DNA of 39,626 nucleotides from a bacterium (GTDB lineage Bacteria; Myxococcota; Kuafuiibacteriia; Kuafuiibacteriales; Kuafuiibacteriaceae): NCBI GenBank assembly GCA_030426505.1, contig JAUHYN010000001.1, positions 1 to 39,626 of the forward strand, read 5' to 3'. Shown piece by piece: positions 32,718 to 39,626 of this stretch (position 1 is its first letter; each line of letters starts with the position of its first letter). The notes under the pieces were generated by a model. It saw only the letters and a program-made list of their open reading frames with translations, ran no database searches and was not told where the DNA came from. The position numbers and the translations under genes were made by a program.

Positions 32718-35571
32718 ACCGCGCCTTCACGAACAGCTCCGCCGACTGCATCCCCTCGACCGCCTCCTCCGCGAAGTAGCGCAGCGGGATCGTCCGGTTG
32801 CCCAACCACAGCGCCGCCTGGTCGGCGAAGTGTTCGTCTTCGAGGAGCCCGGACTGGCCACCGGGGAGGACGTTCTCGCCGCGCACTTCGCCGTCGTTCA
32901 GCTGGATGACCATCCGCATGACCGGGCCGTGCGTGTAGTCGTACGCGCGACGGAAGAGGCCCGGGTTCGCGGCGTCCACGCCGAACCAGTCGCCATTGCG
33001 CGGGAAGTGTTCGAGCGACTCCGTGCCCGGGCCGCCCTCGAGCGGGAGGTCCTTCGTGGTGAGGCCGAACTTGAACGACAGGAGCCCGACGAGCGGGTTG
33101 TCGGCGCCGGCTTCCTCGATGAGCGCGATGAAGCGGACCTGGTGTTCGAGTCCCCACAGCCAGGTGTCCATGTCGGTCGAGTCGAAGTACGCGTCCGACG
33201 CGAGGGCGTCGAGCGTGTCCACCATCGCGAGGCGCATGACGTCGTCCGAGGTCTCGGTGACGGACGCGGTCGCGACCCGGTCGAACAGCACGGACTCTCC
33301 GCGGGCGTCGTCGTACGAACGGAGGCCAGCGGTGTTCTCTCCGCGCGAGATCAACATGCGGTCGAGGGTGCGGAACGCGGTGCGCGAGGTGCTCGCGACC
33401 ATGGCGTCGCGCGCGAGCTCTTCGTCGAAGACGAGCTCGACGAAGCGGCGAATCCACGCGTTGAAGATCATCGTCGCGACGGCGTCGGCGCGCTCTTCCG
33501 CGGAGTACGAGGCGTAGAACGTGTCGACGCCGGACTTCGCGAGGCCGCCGCGTCCGCGCCACGCGGCGAGGCGCGACTTCACTTCCGCGAAGCGCGGGTC
33601 GCTCCCGTCGAGCGCCTCTTCGAGCATCGGTCCGTAGCGCAACCCGAGCGGCGAGGTGTGGTCGCCTTGGATCGCTTGGGTGTCGGCGATGGAGGACTTG
33701 CCGGTGGCGACGCTCGCGGCGAGGCCGTCCGAGATCGTCTTCGCGCGGTAGCCGAGCGCGTAGGGGCCGCCGATGTAATAGGTGTCATTCGACAGCGAGT
33801 CGTCGAACGCGTTGCCGAGCGGGTCGTGGTTCGCGGTGACGACGAACCCGGCGGGCGGCGTCTTCACGCGCGGCCCGGCCTCGAACGGGATGAGGCAACC
33901 GGCGGTGGCCTGCGGGATGCCGTTCGCGTCGAGCGGGATGTCGAACGCGCCGTACTTGGTTCCGTCGAGGACCTGCATCGGGTTGGCGCCCTCGACCCAG
34001 CCGTCGTCGTCCTTCTCGAGGCCGTCGCGACACGGCATCGCGTGGTAGCCGGTGAACATCACGTCGCCGTGTTCGTCGGCCACGATGACGTTCTGTGAGT
34101 AGCCGACGAGCTTCTTCGTCTGCGCCTCGAACTCGGCGACGGACTTCGCGCGCCCGAAGCCCGCGACGGCTTCGAGCGTCTTGCCGACGTCGAACGCGGT
34201 CCAGTCGAAGCTGACGCCTTCGATCTTGCCGTCCGCGTTCGCGTCGCCGGGTGTGATCCAATCGCCGAGCGCGAAGAAGCCGGTGCCGTTCGCCACCTCG
34301 CCTTCGACGGAGATCAGGTAGCGCCCGTCGAACGTCTCGTAGCGCGGCACGACCACGGTGTCGTCGCCCACCACGTACTCCTCGTCGACGCGCTTCACGT
34401 CGCGCCACTCGCCGTTGAAGCGCGTGGCCTGCGGGAGCCCGTCGCCGCCGAGCTGGATCTCTTCCGCGTAGAAGTCCGTGACGTCGGCGTCGAGGTACGT
34501 CTGGCCCCACGCGACGTGGCCGTTCGTGCCGACTGCGAGCAACGGGAAGCCGGGGAAGAAGAGCCCGCAGACGTGGTCGTCGTCGTCGTCGCCGAAGTAC
34601 GCGACGTCGATGCACTGTTGGTAGAAGAGCGAAGGGATCGTGAGCGAGAGGTGACCGTCGTTCGCGAGGATCGCGCCGCCGCCGGTGCCCTTCGACGACA
34701 CGGCCCACGCGTTCGAACCGAACTCGCGATCGTTCTTGCCGATCCACTTCGAGAAGGTCGTCGTGCGATCGACGAGGCGGTCGAGCATCGACGACTCGAT
34801 CGCGAGCGGGCGCATCACCTCGCGCCGGCGCGGGGAGAGGCCCTGGCCGCTCGGCATGACTTCGGAGATCGCATGCACGGGCGCGACCGCGCCGAAGAGG
34901 TCGTAGAGGAGGCCGTCCTTCACCTTGCCGTCGGGGAGCGCCATCAGCTTCTGCGCGGCAGACTGCCGCTTCAGGTCCGTCGTCTCGTACCCGAGGCGCG
35001 ACACCACGACGGCCGCGACCGCCGCAATGTCGTAGCCGGTGATCGGCTGCATCGCGTCCGCCGGACGATCGAGATCGAGGAGGCCGGCGACGATGTCGAT
35101 CTCCTCCGGCAGCGGGAGCTGCCCGCGCTTCACGACCTCGATGTACGCGTTGACGCCCTCGGCGTACGCCTCGAAGCGCGTCTTCAGATCGGAAGAGAGC
35201 GAGGCCCAGATCGCGTCGGTGACGGCCTTCAGGCCTTGCCCGCGCGCGATGGCGTCGATGTCCACGCCGAGGTCGCCGAGCAGCTGCGACGTGGAGCCCG
35301 CGCCGAGGCGACGCAGGAGCTCGAGCTGAACGTAGCGATCCTGCGCGGTGACGAAGCCCTGCACGCGCGTCGCGTCGAGGAGGTTCTCCGCGTAGATGTG
35401 CGCGACGTCGTTCTCCGCGCGGATCACGCGGACCTCGCTCCCGAGCGTGGGGATGACGCGCTCGAGGTCGGTCTCGACCTCACGGATGCCGGCGGGGTCC
35501 CCGCCGCAGCCGACGACGACGAGACAGAGCGCGAAGAGCGGGCGCGAACGCATCCTCACGGCTTGTCCCAT
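32716..35571 (-). CDS. penicillin/AHL acylase family (peptidase S45, Ntn hydrolase) lipoprotein
   Basis: The lipobox is LCLVVVGCGG. The autoprocessing/nucleophile site is FGSNAWAVSS (Ser codon 34714-34716). The protein is 951 aa. An alternative start is ATG 35553. Confidence 0.85.
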   Translation of the reverse strand: MGQAVRMRSRPLFALCLVVVGCGGDPAGIREVETDLERVIPTLGSEVRVIRAENDVAHIYAENLLDATRVQGFVTAQDRYVQLELLRRLGAGSTSQLLGDLGVDIDAIARGQGLKAVTDAIWASLSSDLKTRFEAYAEGVNAYIEVVKRGQLPLPEEIDIVAGLLDLDRPADAMQPITGYDIAAVAAVVVSRLGYETTDLKRQSAAQKLMALPDGKVKDGLLYDLFGAVAPVHAISEVMPSGQGLSPRRREVMRPLAIESSMLDRLVDRTTTFSKWIGKNDREFGSNAWAVSSKGTGGGAILANDGHLSLTIPSLFYQQCIDVAYFGDDDDDHVCGLFFPGFPLLAVGTNGHVAWGQTYLDADVTDFYAEEIQLGGDGLPQATRFNGEWRDVKRVDEEYVVGDDTVVVPRYETFDGRYLISVEGEVANGTGFFALGDWITPGDANADGKIEGVSFDWTAFDVGKTLEAVAGFGRAKSVAEFEAQTKKLVGYSQNVIVADEHGDVMFTGYHAMPCRDGLEKDDDGWVEGANPMQVLDGTKYGAFDIPLDANGIPQATAGCLIPFEAGPRVKTPPAGFVVTANHDPLGNAFDDSLSNDTYYIGGPYALGYRAKTISDGLAASVATGKSSIADTQAIQGDHTSPLGLRYGPMLEEALDGSDPRFAEVKSRLAAWRGRGGLAKSGVDTFYASYSAEERADAVATMIFNAWIRRFVELVFDEELARDAMVASTSRTAFRTLDRMLISRGENTAGLRSYDDARGESVLFDRVATASVTETSDDVMRLAMVDTLDALASDAYFDSTDMDTWLWGLEHQVRFIALIEEAGADNPLVGLLSFKFGLTTKDLPLEGGPGTESLEHFPRNGDWFGVDAANPGLFRRAYDYTHGPVMRMVIQLNDGEVRGENVLPGGQSGLLEDEHFADQAALWLGNRTIPLRYFAEEAVEGMQSAELFVKAR

Positions 35572-35614
35572 CGGGGCAGGCCGCGCAACGGTCAGGCGGC
35601 GGTCGTACGGGCGG

Positions 35615-36100
35615 TCACTCGGGCTCGACGCGGCGCTTCCCGACGAACGAGCCCGTGCCCCGGGGCGATCCCATCGGGACCCACCGATCGATCGTGACGA
35701 AGCGATCGATGACGACGTGCTTCTCGGCGTCTTCCGCCGCGAGGCTGGCGTGCAGCTCGAGGTGATCGACGCCCTTGTCGTCCTGCTTCAGCGATCCGCG
35801 CACGACCCGCGCGACGATGGTGCCGCGCATGCTCCCGTCGTCGAACGGGACGCGGCAGGCTTGCTTGGGCACGAGCGTGATCGCCTCGCGCGGGCCCGTG
35901 CCGTCGAGCGCGCAGACGTACTCGCCGCGGCGATACGTGACGCGCCACTTCGCGTCGCCCGTCGGCTCCAGCTCGACGCGGAAGCTGCGGCGCTCGGTGC
36001 GCTCCCAGATGGGCGCGACCTCGATCTTGGCGGTCCCTTCGAACGGGATCACTTCGGCGGCCGGAGCGGCCGACGCGACGAGTGCGGCGAGCCAGATCAT
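35615..36100 (-). CDS. small secreted protein of unknown function (161 aa)
   Basis: Only the last third of track ORF 35615..37621 looks protein-like (MIWLAALVASAAPAAEVIPFEGTAKIEV...). The start is uncertain because no ribosome-binding site is visible. Confidence 0.5.
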   Translation of the reverse strand: MIWLAALVASAAPAAEVIPFEGTAKIEVAPIWERTERRSFRVELEPTGDAKWRVTYRRGEYVCALDGTGPREAITLVPKQACRVPFDDGSMRGTIVARVVRGSLKQDDKGVDHLELHASLAAEDAEKHVVIDRFVTIDRWVPMGSPRGTGSFVGKRRVEPE

Positions 36101-36174
36101 CTCGAACGTCAACGTGGAGACTGTACTCGATATGCCGAACGCGAGCGCGGACACGCCCCGCGCAGAACCCGGTC

Positions 36175-37776
36175 TCAGCTCTTCGGATCGGACGGGGGCG
36201 TCTGCTGCCCCTGGCCCTGCTGCTGCTGGCCGCCGCCCTTCTTCCGTCGCCTCCGACGACGGCGGCGCTTCTTCTTCTTGAACGCCTTCTTCCCGAGCGG
36301 GACGAAGAAGCTGGACGGGCGCTCGGCGCGGTCGCGGCAGACGTCGCACAGGCCGCACGGCTCGCCCTCCTCTTCGCCGAAGTACGTCCTCAGGTGTTGG
36401 CCGCGGCAGGTCTCGATGCGCGCGTACTTCTGTACGGCGTCGAGGCGGCGGGCGTCGTTCGTGCGGAGGTTCTCGAATCGCGACGCGAGGCTCTTCATCT
36501 TCGCGAGGATCTCGTCCGGATCCCCGGGCACGTCGATCGTGCCGCCGCTGTAGCGCAGGATGCCCGCGTCGTCCGCGACGCCGAGCAGCGCCGTCACCAT
36601 GCGCGGCCCCATGTCCGCGGAGACGGAGAGCGCCTCGAGTGTGGGCTGGCGCCCCTCCTTCGCCCACGCGCGCAGCGCGCGACCGAGCTGCGCGAGGCGC
36701 TCCGGCTTGATGCGACTCTTCGCGAGGAGCTGCTCGTGAATCGGGCGGTCGTAGCCCGAGTACAACAGGATGCAGTCCGACTTCTTGCCGTCGCGCCCGG
36801 CGCGCCCCGCCTCCTGCACGTACTGCTCGAGCGACGCCGGGGCTTGCGCGTGGATGATGTAGCGGATGTCGCGCTTGTCGATGCCGAGGCCGAACGCGTT
36901 CGTCGCGATCATGATCGAGCGGCGACCGCGCTTCATGAACTTCGCCTGCTCTTGCTCGCGCCCGCTCGACGACATCTTGCCGTGGTAGCGATGCACCGGC
37001 ATCCCGAGCTTCCGCATCACGACGTACAGCTCGTCCACGTGACGCGTCGTCGCGCAGTAGATGATGCCCGGCCGACGCAGCCGCTTCATCAACCGCACCA
37101 TCGCGTTGATGCGCGCGTTCTCGCTCGCGTTGATGACGTCGTACGCGAGGTTCTTCCGATCCGGCGAAGACGCGATCACCTCCGGGTCCTGGATCCGCAG
37201 GAATCGCACGATGTCGGCGCGCACGTCGTCCATCGCCGTCGCGGTGAGCGCCATGCGCGCGCCCGCGCCGATCTCGTCCAGCCGCGCGCCGAGCTCGATG
37301 TACGCGGGGCGGAAGTCGTAGCCCCACTCCGAGATGCAGTGCGCTTCGTCGACCGCGGCGACGGAGACCCCGACGTACCTCAAGAGCTCCACGACGGCCG
37401 GCAACCGGAGCGTCTCCGGAGTCGTCATCACGAGGAGCGGCCCGCCCTCGAGGATCCGCGCGTAGGCTTCGCGCCGACGGCGGCCTCGCACCGTTCCATC
37501 CAAACGAACGTGCGGGATGTTCCGCTTCTCGAGCTTGTCGACCTGATCCGACAGCAGCGCGAGCAGCGGCGAGATCAGCAACACCGGCTTGTCGAGCACC
37601 ATCGACGGGATCTGGTAGCAAGCCGACTTGCCGAAGCCGGTCGGCAACACCACGAGCGCGTCACGCCCGCTCGTGACCGCGGCGATCGCCGTCTCTTGCT
37701 CCGGACGCAACGACTCGAAGCCGAGACGCTCCGCCGCCTTCTGGATCGCTTCTGGGTTCAGGGCTGAGTTCGCCAC
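36175..37776 (-). CDS. recQ: RecQ-family ATP-dependent DNA helicase with polybasic/Gln-rich C-terminal tail
   Basis: Motifs present: PTGFGKSACYQIP (motif I), DEAHCISEWGYDFRPAY (motif II), and the zinc-binding C-x-C-x2-C region (CRGQ...CGLCDVC). I see no HRDC domain. The tail is KKAFKKKKRRRRRRRRKKGGGQQQQGQGQQ. The GTG start at 37776 overlaps the upstream gene by 19 nt. Confidence 0.85.
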   Translation of the reverse strand: MANSALNPEAIQKAAERLGFESLRPEQETAIAAVTSGRDALVVLPTGFGKSACYQIPSMVLDKPVLLISPLLALLSDQVDKLEKRNIPHVRLDGTVRGRRRREAYARILEGGPLLVMTTPETLRLPAVVELLRYVGVSVAAVDEAHCISEWGYDFRPAYIELGARLDEIGAGARMALTATAMDDVRADIVRFLRIQDPEVIASSPDRKNLAYDVINASENARINAMVRLMKRLRRPGIIYCATTRHVDELYVVMRKLGMPVHRYHGKMSSSGREQEQAKFMKRGRRSIMIATNAFGLGIDKRDIRYIIHAQAPASLEQYVQEAGRAGRDGKKSDCILLYSGYDRPIHEQLLAKSRIKPERLAQLGRALRAWAKEGRQPTLEALSVSADMGPRMVTALLGVADDAGILRYSGGTIDVPGDPDEILAKMKSLASRFENLRTNDARRLDAVQKYARIETCRGQHLRTYFGEEEGEPCGLCDVCRDRAERPSSFFVPLGKKAFKKKKRRRRRRRRKKGGGQQQQGQGQQTPPSDPKS

Positions 37777-39257
37777 CAGGTGGTCTCGTCTCGGGTCGGC
37801 GCGAGGTCGCGCGTGACGGTCGACAGATCGTCGAGGCCGTCCCCGTCGATGTCTCCCGTATCGACGTCGAGCAAACCGGTCAACTGCGACGTGACCGTCT
37901 GCGCAAACCACCCACCGCCGAACAGACGGGTGTAAACGCGGAGGGTGGACGCGGAGCGCGAGCTCGCGGCCACATCCATGAGCCCGTCGCCGTTGAAGTC
38001 CCCGATCGACACCCGGATCGGCTGGGTGGGGCCCCCGAGGGTGGTGTCGACGTCCGAGCGGGTCCAGGGGAGCGTGACGTCGGCGCCCGGATCGTAGGCG
38101 GCGATGGCCCCCTGTGCGCCGTCGTCGTGGCCGACGACCAGCTCGAGGTCGGCGTCGGCGTCGAGCTGCCCGAGGTCGAAGCCGTTGGCTTCGGTGATCG
38201 TCGCGATGTCGTGTGCGGCGAAGATGGGGTTCGTATCGACGGCGCCCACCGCGCGCGGGTTCTCGTACCAGACCACGCGATTGCTCCCGAGGCCCGACGC
38301 GACGATGTCGTCCACGCCGTCGCGGTCGATGTCGGCGACGCGGATCTGGATCACCGCGGAGAGCGTGAGGTCGATGAAGATCGGCGCCGAGAACGTGCCG
38401 CCCTCGTTGCGCAACCAGAAGATCCCGTCGCCGGTCGCCATCCCGTTCTCGTCGTTCGTCGGCTCCGCGCCGACGATCAGATCCGGGAGCCCATTGCCGG
38501 TGAGATCGCCGACCGCGATCGCCGACAGCCCGTAGATGCCGGCGTCGAGCACGAGGTTCTCCGTCCACACGCCGTTGACCGTCGCGGGCTGCGCGTACCA
38601 GGCGATGCGACTCGCCGACATGAACGGCGCGCCGACCGCGTACGCGCCGATCGCCACGACGTCGAGCCGCGTGTCGCCGTTGAAGTCCGCCGTCGCGTGG
38701 CCCGACGCGACGATCGATCCCACCGGCGCGACGTCCACGCTCGTCCAGGTGGAGCCGTCGCCGACGACGCCCGGTCCGCCGTTCACGTGCAAGCGCACCG
38801 TCTGCGTCTCGGCGAGCGAGACGACGACGTCGAGATCCGTGTCGCCGTCGATGTCGATCAGATCGAGGTCCGTGCCGCCCAGCCCCGTGTCGTCGATCAG
38901 CGAATCGACGAACCCGCTCGGCGGCGTCGCGTCCATCGCGCCGCCGTCGCGACCGCCGTCTCGGGGGCCTCCGTCGCGATCCCCGCCGTCCGGCACGGGG
39001 CCTCCGTCGCGCTCGGGGCCTCCGTCGCGCTCGGGGCCGCCGTCCCGCACCGGGCCCGCGTCGCGCGGGCCGGCGTCACGGACGGGGCCGGCGTCGCGCG
39101 CCGGGCCGGCGTCACGGTTCGGATCCACGCCGCTGTCGGCGAAGCCTCCGTCGCCGACGACGTCGCCCGCGTCGACGAGCGTCGAGGGCGTCTCGACCGG
39201 GCCCCCGCTGCACGCCACGAGCCCCGCCCACAAGACCCACGCCGCTCGTCGCGTCAC
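37758..39257 (-). CDS. FG-GAP/VCBS-repeat (integrin-alpha-like) lipoprotein
   Basis: GTG start. The lipobox is WAGLVACSGG, followed by an RDAGP tandem linker and then repeated DxDGDGxxD / FNGD motifs (DIDGDTDLD, DFNGDTRLD, DLTGNGLPD, DIDRDGVDD, DFNGDGLMD, DIDGDGLDD). Confidence 0.8.
   Translation of the reverse strand: MTRRAAWVLWAGLVACSGGPVETPSTLVDAGDVVGDGGFADSGVDPNRDAGPARDAGPVRDAGPRDAGPVRDGGPERDGGPERDGGPVPDGGDRDGGPRDGGRDGGAMDATPPSGFVDSLIDDTGLGGTDLDLIDIDGDTDLDVVVSLAETQTVRLHVNGGPGVVGDGSTWTSVDVAPVGSIVASGHATADFNGDTRLDVVAIGAYAVGAPFMSASRIAWYAQPATVNGVWTENLVLDAGIYGLSAIAVGDLTGNGLPDLIVGAEPTNDENGMATGDGIFWLRNEGGTFSAPIFIDLTLSAVIQIRVADIDRDGVDDIVASGLGSNRVVWYENPRAVGAVDTNPIFAAHDIATITEANGFDLGQLDADADLELVVGHDDGAQGAIAAYDPGADVTLPWTRSDVDTTLGGPTQPIRVSIGDFNGDGLMDVAASSRSASTLRVYTRLFGGGWFAQTVTSQLTGLLDVDTGDIDGDGLDDLSTVTRDLAPTRDETTWWRTQP
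38940..39116 (-). repeat. imperfect 15-18-bp tandem repeats encoding (P/V/E)RD(A/G)GP linker units
   Basis: The protein reads NRDAGPARDAGPVRDAGPRDAGPVRDGGPERDGGPERDGGPVPDGGDRDGGPRDGGRDGG. The DNA shows near-identical GGGGCCTCCGTCGCGCTC units in tandem. Confidence 0.8.
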
Positions 39258-39329
39258 ACCCCGATCGTACCTGCCTCACCCACCGCGCTACGTTGGCCGC
39301 GTCACAGGGTCGTGCTATGCCACCGGTCC

Positions 39330-39566
39330 GTGGCTTACAAAGAGAAGCTCCAGGCGTTCCTCACGAAGGAAGCCAATGATCGCAACATCGACCTCGACGA
39401 CGACTCGCTCGTCGAGAGTGGGATCATCGACTCACTCGGCATCATGAAGCTCGTCCAGTTCATCGAGAGCGAGTTCTCGATCGTCATCGCCGACGCCGAA
39501 CTGACCCCGGACAACTTCGACACCGTCGACGACATCGTGAAGCTCCTCGAGTCCAAGAAGAGCTGA
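39330..39566 (+). CDS. DltC-like small carrier protein (78 aa)
   Basis: Only the last 79 codons of track ORF 38127..39566 look coding. The start is GTG 39330 (MAYKEKLQAFL...). The phosphopantetheine site is GIIDSLGIMKLVQFIESEF. The region is lower in GC and acidic, like D-alanyl/aminoacyl carrier proteins. Confidence 0.75.
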   Translation: MAYKEKLQAFLTKEANDRNIDLDDDSLVESGIIDSLGIMKLVQFIESEFSIVIADAELTPDNFDTVDDIVKLLESKKS

Positions 39567-39571
39567 GCCTG

Positions 39572-39626
39572 GTGCCGCGCGTCAGCGTCGTCGTCCCCGT
39601 CTACAACGCCGAGGCGTATCTCGCGG
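39572..39626 (+). CDS. family-2 glycosyltransferase, N-terminal fragment (runs off the window)
   Basis: GTG 39572 lies 5 nt after the carrier-protein stop. VPRVSVVVPVYNAEAYLA is the classic GT2 N-terminal strand plus Asn-Ala-Glu motif. Confidence 0.5.
   Translation, partial: MPRVSVVVPVYNAEAYLA

Noticed and set aside
38127-39566. A 479-aa plus-strand ORF covering the FG-GAP gene
   Set aside because: The first ~400 codons are antisense junk to a motif-rich lipoprotein gene. Only the last 79 codons (from GTG 39330) have carrier-protein character and normal composition.
1-39626. Search for tRNA, rRNA, CRISPR arrays, IS elements or terminal inverted repeats, and toxin-antitoxin or known defence-system gene pairs
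   Set aside because: I found no cloverleaf-like or rRNA-like segments and no regularly spaced direct repeats. I recognised no transposase, integrase or recombinase motifs, and no small overlapping gene pairs of TA type. The only tandem repeats are coding low-complexity linkers.

Overview
This is a very GC-rich chromosomal window; codon position 3 is almost always G/C. The gene content looks like Myxococcota (inference): lipoproteins with RDAG/RDGG linkers after the lipobox Cys, a eukaryote-like Ser/Thr kinase, and FG-GAP / thrombospondin-type-3 / LamG surface proteins. I call 30 protein-coding regions, one of them a frameshifted relic. I recognise no rRNA, tRNA, CRISPR array, IS element, transposase or integrase. 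Most long antisense ORFs in the track are GC artefacts. Five things stand out. (1) 12.9-23.6 kb holds a compact co-directional lipid assembly line: a fatty acyl-AMP ligase, a mycolate/CFA-type SAM methyltransferase, a discrete ACP, a soluble di-iron acyl-ACP desaturase, and a 2289-aa PfaA-like PKS (KS-AT-ACP-KR-DH). The PKS off-loading domain is a PLP-dependent alpha-oxoamine synthase (serine-palmitoyltransferase-like). This is a candidate pathway to a tailored sphingoid-like amino lipid and is my best candidate for an undescribed system. (2) 30.5-32.7 kb encodes a lipoprotein with motif-level similarity to the Ca-binding and pore-forming domains of anthrax protective antigen / binary-toxin B components. 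It is fused to TSP3 repeats and a LamG domain, and no A component is visible. (3) 25.2-27.8 kb holds a translationally coupled acyl-CoA-dehydrogenase-like gene and a stand-alone amino-acid adenylation gene with no adjacent carrier; a DltC-like carrier plus a GT2 gene start lie at the far right edge. (4) A lower-GC helical-repeat gene at the left edge is interrupted by one in-frame TAG. (5) A collagen-like/beta-propeller gene needs two frame changes to be read. All family assignments rest on motifs read by eye; no database search was run.
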